DNA of 64,000 nucleotides from Oculina patagonica (Eukaryota): NCBI RefSeq assembly GCF_052425735.1, contig NC_135760.1, positions 12,524,001 to 12,588,000 of the forward strand, read 5' to 3'. Shown piece by piece: positions 1 to 26,430 of this stretch (position 1 is its first letter; each line of letters starts with the position of its first letter). The notes under the pieces were generated by a model. It saw only the letters and a program-made list of their open reading frames with translations, ran no database searches and was not told where the DNA came from. The position numbers and the translations under genes were made by a program.

Positions 1-13743
<13,743 letters not shown>

Positions 13744-13861
13744 GGCGGTATGTTTAGAGGTACCCTTGGCAGTGATCGCCCTTTTCTTAACAATTCTCAG
13801 AACAGTGAAATAAACATAGCTTTTTGGAAACAAACAAACAAGTTGGAATCAAGTCATCTCG

Positions 13862-13913
13862 GCCGCCATTTTGTTCTCCTGGTTGAAGTCACGTGAGAGG
13901 TCGTGGGTGACGT
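13862..13913 (-). promoter_or_regulatory. Putative ARFGEF core promoter: YY1 motif, E-box and CRE half-site
   Basis: GCCGCCATTTTG (YY1 consensus, 13862-13873), GTCACGTGA (E-box, 13888-13896) and TGACGT (13908-13913), ~120-170 bp upstream of the ATG. Confidence 0.5.
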
Positions 13914-14564
13914 AGCAGGCCCAGTCTTCTCGGGGGGGGCTTCGAAAAGTTGTGACATCAGTTATATTACACGCAGTCAATAATTACGTGTTGGAAACTG
14001 CAATCAGATCATGCTTCTAAATATTTTTACTGATGATATTTTTATTGATACTGATCTTTGATTGAAGAAACAAATTTGAACACAACAACAACAAATATAA
14101 AGTAAGTTTGGTCATAGCGGTCGTTTCCAGATTCCCCGGCCAGGTTCACTCAACTATGCATTGTATGCATTGTCACTGCAAGTCTCTTTTATAAGGCATT
14201 TCAGCTCAACCAATATCAGCTTAAAGCTGATACAGATAAATCAACTGCAGTAGCGAGTTTGGTGTGGGATTTTAAAAACGGAACTTATTTCAGCTGAAGA
14301 AAAACGGCTACGTAGAAACCAAACGGGATGTTCGCCCAGGATGTTCATTAAGAGGTAGTAAGCCTTCTTCGGCCGGTGTCGACCATGCATGGTGCGCCCT
14401 GGGCTAGGGGTTGACGGTTGTTGTTGAAACAATGCGGCTAAAATAGCGTCGGTCCTTAGCAAATTCGTATTGCTAGGAAAGGGAAAAAAGGAATTAGATG
14501 ACCTGCAGGCAAAACAAAGAAGCAGACTTCTTCTTAGGGAGTCTTTGCATTTTTGTTTTATTTT

Positions 14565-14566
<2 letters not shown>

Positions 14567-14624
<58 letters not shown>
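14567..14624. repeat. 58-nt poly(T) tract
   Basis: Uninterrupted T run. Confidence 0.95.
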
Positions 14625-16039
14625 CCCCTCTTTTTCCCCCGCCCCCTACTCCGGAAGTGGATGTGGGGGAAAGTGGGGGAGGGGGGCTGGGTAATCAGAG
14701 TATTTGACCCCGCAGTGCGGTTACCCGAATTAGTGGCGCAATTACCCGGGGGTATTCCAGGAAAAATTGTGTGCGCTGTCTGGTGAATTTACGGAAAGCT
14801 TTACCCTATTTCAGACAAAATTATATGGTAGTCGAATGCTCGAAGCGGTCAGAAAGAAAATAAAAGGAAATTAAAAGTTTGCTTCATGGGGTATTCTTAT
14901 TTTGTCACCCATTAAAGTTGAACCGGTGTTTTTGTAGTACATGTATGGTGCAGTCACAAGCAAAGAGCTTTAAGGGCATGGCCCGTTCAATAGGTGATAC
15001 AAACCTACAAACCACGCATACGTGACGATTGCACAAGTATAAATACGACTTCACGTTCAATGCTGAAATTCCTCGTTTCTATTCCCTTTGTCAACCAGGG
15101 AAGATTAATTAATTTGCCATAGAAAATGCTTCGACTTGGCGGGGCTTCTGTGGCATGCCTTCACTGTCTCAGATGTGATCGTCCAGTAATCATTAAGTGC
15201 AAATCGAACAAGAAAATATTGGTGAAATGTCGCAGCAAATATGTAAAAATTGAAATAAAAAATATTTTAGTGTTTTGTAGAACAGAGAATGGAACTGACG
15301 CTTTAGTTGATTTATATTTTCTTTTATAATATTAGGATACAAAGTTATTTTGTCTGTGAATAGAGACCATACGACTGTATTTCTTTTATATACTTTTATA
15401 AACACCCAATTTTACCGGAGTTATCTTTTTCATGGCTTGGAAGGTAGCACAATAGCTTGTTGTCTGTTCAGCTTGGTTAAGACCTGTAGGGTGGGGCTAG
15501 AAATGGGATAGGTCACATTGTGTGAGAGTGAAAGTATGAGAGTGAGAGTAAGAATTCTACCCCGCATCAAAAAAGTTACACAAAGAAACGCAGAAACATT
15601 ATTTTATTTACAATTTTTTTTCTCTTATGCATTGTTCAAGGCCCACCCCCTCTCAAATAGGAGGTAAAAAACTAATCCAATTGTCGCAATTGCGGTTTCG
15701 AAATCCCCCCCCCTCCCTCTAGAAAAATAATGCAAAAAAACGTATATAGTTATTTTCTCCTCATCTTCTGCTTTATCAGAAAAAAATCGCTTTTTGGCAC
15801 GGCTATCCTGTCCTTACATTATCCTTTAAGTCCTAAAGTGTAAAAGTGGATTCTCAGTGCCAATTGCCAATACACTTTCCACAATGTTAATTCAATTGAT
15901 GAACAGTTGACGATTTTCTTTATTCTCATGTCCTGTGTGCTGAGCATTGTTGTGAGGTTGGTTAGAAGAAGTTAGATGCTGATCAGCTAATAATGAACAG
16001 AGTAAAGCTCGTTCTTCCCTGCTATCAAAGCTGCATTCA

Positions 16040-19000
16040 TCATCCTCTGAGTCTTCTGTTTTTCTTCAAGCTAGACGCAATAACTCTTTCAAGTTTGTCA
16101 TAAATATCTTGCAGTTTTCCAGAGTAATGTCTGACAGGTTTCGCTGTAATGTGCGGAGGAGAAGGAGTGGTGATTGGTCTGTTTTTCACTTTTCTTTTCA
16201 GATGATCTTTTGACGAAGCTTTTGTAACTTTTTTCGTCGGTTTTGACGCCGTTGTTGGCAAATGAGGTGTGGGCTGGTTTGTTGTCCATATCGGCTCTTC
16301 ATCCTGGTCATTCAAAAGTTTATATGGCTTTTGTAGACTTGACGATGGAGAGTCCTCTACAATAGTCCGCATGTTGTCGCTAGCGGTATTAACCTCTAAG
16401 GCTGTCCGCTCGCTAGGAATCCATTGATGCGGATCATCCTGCACCGCAAAGTTTTCATCATAAGGACTGATGGCATCCATGGACGGTTTTATCACCGCCT
16501 CCTGTGTTCCCCACCCCGCTGGATATGAACTGTACGTGTTGTAGGCATATGAAGGAATGAAATACTGCGGCTCACTTGTGGATGACTTCTTGTTCCACAA
16601 AACATTTTCTGTCTCCTCTGGAGTGTTATAAACTGATTCTTGATTGGTAATCATTTCATTATTTCCTTGAGTATTGTAAGAAACAAAATTATCTCCGCCT
16701 CTGTAAGCATCATAACTCGTATAAGGTTCATTTGTTCGTGTTTGTACCGGTGATGTACTTATCTCAAACGTTTCATCCGCGTTTTTATCTACATTATGTG
16801 CATTAAGTTCGTCTGTCTTTGCATCTGCAAATGGTAAAGTATTCATCTTCACTGATTTATCAGTGTTTTTATATCCTTCCTTCGTTGAAATTTCTTCTGT
16901 TTTTTTCTTTATCGGCGAATAACCCATCTTCACTACTTTCTCTGAGTTTTTGTGCACTTTTACTTTTTCTGCATTAAATGCATTTGTCTCTGTGTTTGCA
17001 GATGAATTTATCCTTTTAACTAATTTCTCTCCGTTTTTATCTACTTCATGAGGATTTAATGAGCTCCTTGAAGACGAGGCATTTTGTTCAGATTTCTCGG
17101 GAACATTTGACTTGTTAGTTGTATGATTGGACGAATTTAACAGGCTAGAATCGTTTATGTTTCTATGGAACCCAGGCCTGTGTTGAGCATGTATTTTCCT
17201 CCCCATCGAGATAGGATCCAATGGATTAACGTAGTTGACTTTTTCCTTGACAGGAAATTGAAATGTGTTATGTTTCATCAGAGCAACTACAGGGTTCTTG
17301 GTAACTCCACAGATGTTCCCTTTCCAGGCCAGTTTGATGTAACCATCGATACCCCAAGACGCCGACCATGAATTCTTGACCAGCCAATATGGAACTCCGT
17401 TCTCCTTTCCATAACCAACAACTAGAACCGTGTGACGAGTGGAGCTGTTGTCTGAAGCGCAAACAAAGAAAGCAAGAAATCATGCTTATTTAGATTTAAA
17501 GCAAACGTTAAGACGGTAACCAGAGCACGAGAACGCACGCATTTATTTGCAACATGTAGCAAACGCATGCAAGTTATCGACCGCAAAAACCAACGAGGGT
17601 CGTAAAGTACCCGAACGTTTTCCGATTCTTTTTGTCCAACCAGAACAGAGAATGAGCATTCCGAAACAAGTTACCCGGCCGCGTTTTCGGCATCCTGCTC
17701 TTGCGAGTCATTTTCCAAACAGTGAATGGTTTACTAAAATACCAAATTAGACCTTGATGTTTGGTCACTCGTCATACTGGAGTTTTCGAGAGTACGCACC
17801 AGTTAAAAACCACTGAGGATAAGCTTCACCCAAACTTACCACATTCAGGATTGTCGTAGATTCCCCAGCTGTAGAATTTCAGGGACAGGGGCTTCTGATT
17901 GATGGACACACAGGCGGGACCATATTTCGCTATGGCTCTCTTGAGTGCGCTGTTGTTGTACTTAGGGACAAAGGCAAAGGCATCTATTTTGATCCGCTCT
18001 TGAAGTCTTATTGTTTCACATGTCCCTTCCTGTGATTCAAAATACAAATTCGTTAAATCACTCGAAGCGTGGGCGTGTAAAACCAAACTCAAGCGTACTT
18101 TGAATCTGCAAGAACCTGAGATATCTCACAAAATCGCAAAGAGTTAATATCGTTTTTTAAAACATAGATTCCAGGTTGCAAAGCTTGAAACGTTTTTTAG
18201 TTAGCATTCAATCGCACCTTATTATCTTTGTTAATTTACTGATCACACTCAGTCATTTATACCTGAGCCAAATACGGCCCATAATTCTTTGCCTTCGCCA
18301 CGCCATTCAAGTAAATCCAACTCAGTGCTTTGTTATACCAGCCTCCTCTGCAACCATGGTTACCAGACCCCCAGGAGCAGTCAATGATCTGCTGCGCAGA
18401 AAGTTCTTCTAGTTGACCTGTCTAAGTAAGAAAAGCATGAATTTAAGATTGGGGCATATCTGAACTATAGAGCTTGGTTTGTGTAAATAATATGTAGGGC
18501 ACAACTTACAATGCAAATGGTATTGTCATGCAATTCGCCGGTCGAATCACTCATACCTTCATAAAGTATGCTCCCTCGACAGATCCCACAGCACCTAAGG
18601 CGTAACATGAGCCACAGATACCCTGGCCTCGAACTGGTGTCACTGCACCTGCAACGAAAGAAACCGTACATTGGGTCAGTCGGGGTGTTCCAGTCTAAGG
18701 AGCGGGAGACCTGGCTTCCAATCCAAACAAGAGTAACTTTAGCTGATTCTTGATTAGTGACCGTTTGGCACGGTGGCATCATTCAGTTTGATAAATTGTG
18801 TCCTGTTGTGATACCCATACCATCTTATAGTCTTGGAGTAAAAACTTGAAACAACTGCACAGTTAAACAGTGTCCGTTATGTCCGTAAAGCAGGGTTAAA
18901 GGGACTATGTCACGGAGATTTCGCAGATTTTTGGTTTAAACTGTTCTGAAATTAATGGAAGGCAACCTAACCCATAAACAACGATATCTTTGAACATCTA

Positions 19001-22000
19001 AAAGAAATTGTAACCTTAATTTGTGGATGGAAATCAAGCTACGACCATAAACATCGATTTTTTGAAGACGCGCGGAAACAATTTGAAAACGTTTGCCTAA
19101 CGTTTTCAAATTGCAATCTGTTTCCATCCACGCCATCTGTAGCCAATAATACTAGTTAACAGTTTCAGTGCCTTAATCATATAGCAATTTTTGATGATAA
19201 AAATGGACTATTGTTTCTAGGTTTCATGCGACAGAAATATCAATTTTGGCTGTTCAAAAATCTGGTAAATCCGTGACATAGTCCCTTTAACGATGTAGAA
19301 GAGTTTGTCACTCGGGACACAGAAAAGTGTCCGTTGTCCGTATTAACGGGTATCCGTAATAAGCGGCTGTCCATAGAGTTCCAGTGTATGTCTCACCGTA
19401 ATCTCTCCAATCCAGTTCGTCAGGAACATCAATAGTTTTCAGTACTGAGGTCATGTTACTGTAAGCTTCATGATGTTCCTCCAAATGAACACCGCCCTTA
19501 TGGAGTGTATTGTTATCTTCGTTTGCACCTATCAACGATTGAAGGAAAGGATAAACAGTGCTCACATATCTGGTGTTAACTATCTTTAAAGGTTAGTAAA
19601 ACCAGTTTGGTACAACGACAGGAGGGCAAAATTTATTGGCCAATATTTCAACTAGCAAAGCTAGTCTTCTTCAGCGCCAGTACTATGATATAAAGAAAGA
19701 GATAGAGCCGTTATTTTCCTTACATTAAAGTGTTTTTGCCCTTCTGTCTGTTTTTATTAACACTTGAGCAAGAGATCCGGCAACAAGCCAAAAAAGTAGC
19801 TTTCTTCTCTGTTGCGTGGTCTCCTGCGCGCATCCAAACTGTTTTTTTCTTAATCTTTTTAAAGCTTCGATCTCAGTTTGTAACTGACAAGATCTAGAAA
19901 ATAATTCAATCATAAAGCCTTTTGTTGCCCATTTTCGACGCAGTTAGACCACTGTCGGACTAAACTTCTTCCTCGCGTTTACGGAATATTGGATTCTGAC
20001 TGAGAAACCATTCGAAGCTGTTCCTTACTCTAGCTAAGGCTGCTTTTTCTGGCAAAGTCCACGTAACCTTGGTTTTTTTTCTTTTACTTATTACCTGCAT
20101 GTCCGTCATATTCTTCATCTGTTAGATCCACCAAATGATTCGGGGCCAGTTTGTATGTAAGATTCTGCCGGTTAATTGATCTGATGTACCTATAGGAGGG
20201 AAGTATGATTTCACTGAGTATCTCGCGGTAGTGCCACCTTTCGATATTAAGAATATATCCTGTAATTAAATAATTGCAGTGGTATTCTGATTTTTTGAAC
20301 CTTCAAGGGAAATTTAGTGGAGGAATCGGGGAGGGGGGGGGGGAGCTGGGGGTTAAAATTGCAGTGTTAAACTGTGAACTTCCCCATGAAGTCCAAGGAA
20401 AAAACTTGCGGTTCGAGTTCTCGGGAAAATTGCAAAAGTACAATCACTGTGAAATATTAAATTTATCTACTGTTAGGTCCGAACTATATTAGGTTGTTAC
20501 CTCATATTATGACGAAAAATATGCTTCCTCTTGACGTGCTCGTGGTTTGAATCATGGATCTTGTTGTGATGTTGTTTGTACACGTGGTACATCTCATCCA
20601 CTATATCCTCTCCATAAGACATAAACTCGCCCATAGGATTTGATACAAAGTGAGAGTCCAGGCTGTGAGACCAGTTATAGCACCACTGGTCTGATACAAA
20701 ATGGTAAAAAAATTACATATTATTTTGAAAACAGTTATTAATTTGGCAACTTGAATGGATTGCTCTATAATTCGCTGGTACCGTGGTAACCATGCTTGAA
20801 ATGATAACTTACTCTGAGAGGAAGCCGTTTTGCTAAAAAAACACAACACATGAGCCCTGACCAAGGCGCAGAATCGCCATTAAAAAGATTCTAAATAAAC
20901 TTACCTTTTGGCAATTCAAATTTTTCTAGATCTGGTTTCCAGTCTTCAAATGAGATATATTCCAGCACGTAGTTATCATAGTAAGAAGCCATCAGACTGT
21001 CGTAACCTTTCATTTCATATCTCACGGGACGGATTGGATCGAGCTTGCTTACCAGTAGAGTGTGAGTATTCAGTAAACCGAATGCGAGGTAGCGGTATTC
21101 CCACTTAGTAGCAGGCGTGCCCATGTACACTTCCTCACCCGCGTACTGAAGGAGAATGAAATCTAGTTAGTAAAATGACACTGAATTTGGTATAGTGAAA
21201 CTGAGGCCAAACAACAGGAATAACCTCTGTTTTTTTTAAGTAGTAGACTAGAAGAAAGACTGATCTTAGCAAAAACGCAGAAATTAAAGTGGCTAAGAGT
21301 TTCTAACTGAGGAACGGATGTGAGTGCTCTTTGATTGGTGCATCTTCAGGTTAACCAACCGTAAATATCGTTTATTGTCCATCACTAGAGACTAACCCAA
21401 AGTGCCCTCGGTGACAATAGCGCCATGCTGAGAAGTGAAAACCTTTGCAGAACTAGCGCTGGGTAATACTCGGTGTTAATCATGTGTTCCTATATGAGGT
21501 ACCATATCTAACCTTAAAGTAGGTCATATTAGGCACAATAGGTTGTGGAATAATGGGCCATCCTTTATGTCCCTCCAGATTCCAGCAACCGATATAGTTG
21601 CCGTTTTTCTCTGTGTACATTGGCACAACTTTGAATGTCACTCCGTACTTTCCAAGGTCTGCTCTTTGGTATGTTTTGTCGGTACCTAGAAACGACAATA
21701 CAAACACTGAGTGAGTCGCTTGAACGATAATGATTTGCAGCCTAGTTTTATATTATTCCTTTATTGAGGGCTCCATAGTAATTTAGTTTAATAAGGTTTC
21801 GAGAAAACAATGGAGAAGTTAATAAAACATAATTTAGTTAGCTTGCATTGGTTATTAGGTAATATCCTGAAAGTACATATTTTCTCCCGAGATCTTTTTA
21901 TCTTAGCTTAGGCCAAGAAAGCAGAGATAAGGCGTACGGCGATCCTGCAGGCTACGCCCATTGTTTATATATTATCTGTTGCAGCAAAGGTATTGTTATC

Positions 22001-22566
22001 ATAATAGTGAAGGGTCTAATAATAATGATCGCAGTCTTATACATATACAACTCTGAGCTAAGTGATACTAATCTGATAAAGGGCGGATTCACCATCAAAA
22101 TACTTAAAATAATAAATATTGGAAATTGATTGTGGTAGATTAGGAAAAAACTACCCATCAACAAAAACTAACTACAAATCAAAGTGCAGTAAAGCAATAT
22201 CACAGAATTTTGGCCAGTGGTAATCTACACCATTAAGCTAATTTTCATAACAAGCTAAATTAAATTATCTCAATATTAGCACTTACCGTAATAGTAGTCA
22301 ATTCGACTTCTGTTAAAATCTGAAGTGAACCAAATCTCAAACGGCTCCACAATGTTACTGTGAGGTAGAAAGAGTCTACCCGTGGCGTGATAGTTGTTAG
22401 GAAACTTAAATCGCACATGAGCGGTTTTATTCTGGTTCTCACTGAGCGATCTCCGGGAGATCATCAGGTCAGTATTGTCACCATAAAGTTTGTACATCCC
22501 TGTGACGAACAAACATAATACCACCAGGGCAGCTAAGCTCGGTATTACGGTCCTTTCTGAAGCCAT
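16040..22566 (-). CDS. Papain-family (C1A) cysteine protease, 26/29-kDa proteinase / CfaD-like cathepsin-L type, with a long C-terminal extension (~987 aa)
   Basis: Exons (-): 22566-22287, 21685-21513, 21145-20905, 20690-20501, 20189-20095, 19528-19397, 18648-18557, 18421-18263, 18029-17840, 17451-16040 (2964 nt in frame). Hydrophobic N-terminus; N-terminal domain VEPFEIWF..SRIDYYYG / PVRYEMKGYDSL; I29 prodomain with ERFNIN pattern (EHVKRKHIFRHNMRYIRSIN); mature start VPDELDWRDYG. Catalytic motifs QGICGSCY, RHTVLVVGYG and YWLVKNSW. Confidence 0.92.
18900..19286. mobile_element. Non-autonomous DNA transposon with TTAA target duplication (Kolobok-like)
   Basis: TIR AGGGACTATGTCACGGA / TCCGTGACATAGTCCCT, flanked by TTAA at 18896-18899 and 19287-19290. 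Confidence 0.85.
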
Positions 22567-23401
22567 TTCGCTCGTAATTAGAGATATTCCTTCGCGTTAA
22601 CATAAGGAATTTTTCAGCATCTGCCCGTGGTCTGAGAACGAATTCGCAAAGTAGATGTTTTGGTCAAGTTAGGTTTGGTCAGCCATGAGCGGTGATCCTA
22701 TTTTTAGAACATGACGGTTGTTCTTCGATTCATCTCGCCGTGACCACTGAGCTTCAACCCAGAGATGTAGATTAGAAGTAGAAAATGCTCGCTATAAATC
22801 GATCGTTGTTCATATTTCCCCATGACGAGGAATGATCTTAAGTTTAGTTTGTAGTCATTCTCGATCGCGTTCTATCATTTAATGTCGTTAAGGGCAGGTA
22901 CGAATCAATTGTATTCATCAGACTCAACTGGTATCAAACAGGTGTTGTTTGGCGGCCCGTTACTACTGACGGACGTGGTAGAAGTTCTTGTTTTAAAATT
23001 AAGATGCTACGACAAGGATGATTGGTCAGGATTAAATAAATTTGTTTTAGTTGATTAAAAAAAAGAAAAAATTGTCAGAAAAAGTGTAATTTGATAGTAA
23101 CCTCGCTTACGGTACCTTTACTTCCGGTTGGGTTTCTTCTCGTTGGTTACCATGCCACCTCGACCAGGAGAGGTTATGAACAGGGAAAGGAATTCGCGCA
23201 GTAGTGAATCAAAAAAACAGAGTGACATGTAAAATCAAGAAATTTAACAATAAACGCAAATGAAATCCATGTTTCTTTTTTCTCCTTTAATTAGCTGCTT
23301 TAGTTTTAAAAAAAGTAGCATAACATGTGCAAGCTTCGCAAAAGCAAACGACAAACACAAAATGGTTATTCCTATAGTATATCTGCTGACCTTAAAGCTG
23401 A

Positions 23402-23732
23402 TTTCCAGTCCGTACTGCGCAGACTCGGGGTTTGTTTTCGTTTTTGTTTTGAATTCGTTGAAACGTTACACTTCGGTGACAGCATACATGACGTTTTTTA
23501 GACCGCCATTACGGTTCGTTTCGTTCAAGAGTTTCCGATGAGCTGAAACGTCGGTTTGAAATAGCGTCAAGGTTCTTCTACTCGTTATTATTTGTTCTGC
23601 AAGGATATCTGGCGTTAATAATGAAGAAAAAGGTAAGTTTGTCGCGGAATTTTTAGTTTTGCTTGTAAACATTCCCTTCGAGTGGGCTCACATAAACATT
23701 GCAGCCGAGATTGCGCAGTACGGACTGGAATT
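23402..23732. mobile_element. MITE
   Basis: TTCCAGTCCGTACTGCGCA at the left end and TGCGCAGTACGGACTGGAA at the right end form a perfect 19-bp inverted repeat. Confidence 0.75.
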
Positions 23733-24045
23733 CATCTTTAATGAAGACGGAAATGTTATGATGAGGGATGACCATGATTGCAAAGCTAAAACTTGGATTG
23801 ACAATTTTTTTTATCAGTCTCTTTGTACTAACGTTAAATTTATATTTATACTTTTTGATTTATTAGTTTAAATGCTGTAAAAGGATTCTGCAGCCGCCGC
23901 TTTTGTAAAACGACTCTGTGGCGTACTTACAGAAACTCGCTAAAAGTAATAGTTTGTGACACTGCATTTTAGTGTACAGAGTCCTATCTCCGATAAGTGC
24001 CCTCCACAGTAAGCTCCTTTATTCAATATATAGGAGCCCCAGGTG

Positions 24046-26161
24046 CTAATTTTGATCATGACGGCGCGTATTGTTTTTACTTCTGGTGACTTTGTTTCTT
24101 CTGAATATATTGGAGTACACATCAGTTTTTGCTGCCTCCTTGATTCCAGGCCTCAAAACATTCAACGATACCCCGTCCCCGACATTACCAGGGGGACTGT
24201 AGAGAGCCACTACAAAGACGTCATTGGCGAGTAGACCTTTGCGTAGAGCGCAGCCCATACCAAAGAACTGTGAGCCTTTCCACACTAACTGCGTGAAGGA
24301 GTTTGTGCCATCCTGGATATGAGGATAGTTATAACTGTAGTTTTTGCTTTGCTAGTCAAAGAAATAAAGGAAAATGTTAATATGACTGAATTGTGACTGT
24401 GATAGTTGAGTTTCTGAAGTAGCTAACAATGTTTTGATGCGAAGATTTCTTTAAGACGTTATTATCACGATATCTTTCCCAATCTAAGTCAACCTTGATT
24501 CTTTTCGGTTTATCATTAACATTTAAGTGTTTTTTAAGTCTGTACCGATTCGAACTTAGTGGTCCGTTAGGCCAGTGCATCTCTCTAGTTTCCGTAGCAT
24601 AAAGTGACTAGAAGTATCCCCCCCCCCCCCCCTACATGAGATGCTAGTCAATCGTAGGATCCCAAACTTTCGGTGGTTCTCCTTGGCGACGTTATTTACC
24701 ACCGAAGAAGAGCTATTGCCCTAAACTTCTGGGGGTTTTTAAAGAAAAAAAAATCAAATTTGGCACTTTTAGACCAATTTCATTTCGATTTTATTTTTTA
24801 GTGCCACGCAGTATTTGGAACTTTTGATCTTATTATCAATTATTCGCCAGTACCCATTTATACACCTGGGTGAAGAGAGTGTAAGTGTCTTGTCCAAGAA
24901 TTCCTCCTTTTTAAAGATAATTTATGTCCATCAAGAATACACAATGTGCCTACCTGGTACCAGTTATCAGTTGCCTTCATGGCCGCCTCGGAGTTACAAC
25001 CAAACGAGACGCCGAGGAACCGCTCTACATTCTCCCCCACGCTCTCCTCGTCTGGAATCTCAAATCTCTTGGAGTTGTCTTTGCTATACTGTTGCACCAT
25101 TTGATAAGCTATCTTATTGGCCTGTGTTGACAACTTATCAGACCACCTGAGTGGTGGATCGTGATGATATCTGCGGTAACGATTGTGAGTGTTCAGAGCT
25201 GTGCCAGCAAACTCTATTGGGTTACCTAGCAACAAGGAAAAGAACCGAAAGTCAAGTGTTAACGTTTTAAAATAAAAATCATGTAACAGGTCACTGCAGC
25301 TGTGTGTTTCTGATGACTAACCTATCTTTATGGTGTCCGGTGTGAGCACGAATCCCTGCACTCTGTGAATCTGTTCTTCTCCAGACTCTGGAACAAGCGG
25401 TCCAAGAATGGTCTTACCACTGCTTCCTAACATCACTAGCAAAAAAGAAGAAGCAGACATCAGTCGAAGCTGAAAATATTAATTAGGCGGCGAACGTAGG
25501 TTGGGTTTATTGGACAGAAAATCCATGCTGATTTGGAGACTTGGATTTGAGCTCTATTAAGTGCCCTTGTGTTGCGTAGTTTCCAAGATAGTGCACTCTG
25601 TCAGGTGTGGAAATGGTCAAAATGGTTACAAGTAAATGCTTGAGAAAACCTGAAAAACTGTCACTGCTGGGGGAGGTTGTTCTAGTTGGTGAAAAGCTTT
25701 GAAAGGAACCACAGAAGGGCCTTACATTACTTAGCAACGCGGTTTGCGTAGCAGCCGCAGTGCCCTAGGCCTAGTTTTTCAGTACAGTAGCGAGTTTTCA
25801 CGTGCGTTTAAAACGCCATATGTAAAGGAGCATATGAAACAAATTTGTTTGCGAAAAGAGCACTGCAGCGCCCTCCCGTTCCTTACCAGAATAGTGATGT
25901 CTCCGTGGTGTGTTTTTACGGTAGACATAAGCAGTTTGTAGTTCAATTGACTTTTTCGATGCCTTTTTCATTTGATATTCGTTGCTATCATCTGCCACAA
26001 AATCTAAGTGAAAAAAAAATGGTTTCAGGATGAATTACAACAGTACAAGACAAAGAGGCTGAAAGAAAACGATAATGTTCGTGCTTTGCCGGATTCGCCA
26101 GCGTAGACAATCATCAATCAGCGGGCGGCTTCATCTTCGGTTTTCATGCAGTGTGTGAAAA

Positions 26162-26215
<54 letters not shown>

Positions 26216-26430
26216 TACAAATTTGTTGTTCGCAAATTCCATACATAAATGTTCAAATGCGCATTACAAAAAAAAAAAAAAATGAACGTTATACGCTAAA
26301 AGTTAAAATTACAGCTTAAAAACTAAAATTCTTAAAAAACTAAGTTATAGGTAAAAAACCAACCTGCAGCCCTTGTCAGGCACAAAGCAGCTTGACAGAG
26401 CAGTAGACTGGTCATTAGCACTATCCTCAT
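24046..26430 (-). CDS. Secreted CAP/SCP-domain protein (GAPR-1/GLIPR2-like), paralogue A (~291 aa)
   Basis: Exons (-): 26430-26364 (signal peptide MRIVLMTSLLLCQAALCLTRAA), 26003-25887, 25435-25322, 25225-24954, 24351-24046; phases are consistent. CAP motifs HNRYRRYHHDPPLRWSDKL, GENV, SFTQLVWK..GMGCA, FVVALYSPPGN. The two middle N-terminal exons are less certain. Confidence 0.85.
26163..26215. repeat. (AAT)n microsatellite
   Basis: About 17 perfect AAT units. Confidence 0.95.

Noticed and set aside
14241-14786. Short ORFs upstream of ARFGEF, including poly-Phe ORFs
   Set aside because: The poly-Phe comes from the T tract. I found no consistent splice structure or motif, although a small unrecognised gene at 14.1-15.4 kb cannot be fully excluded.
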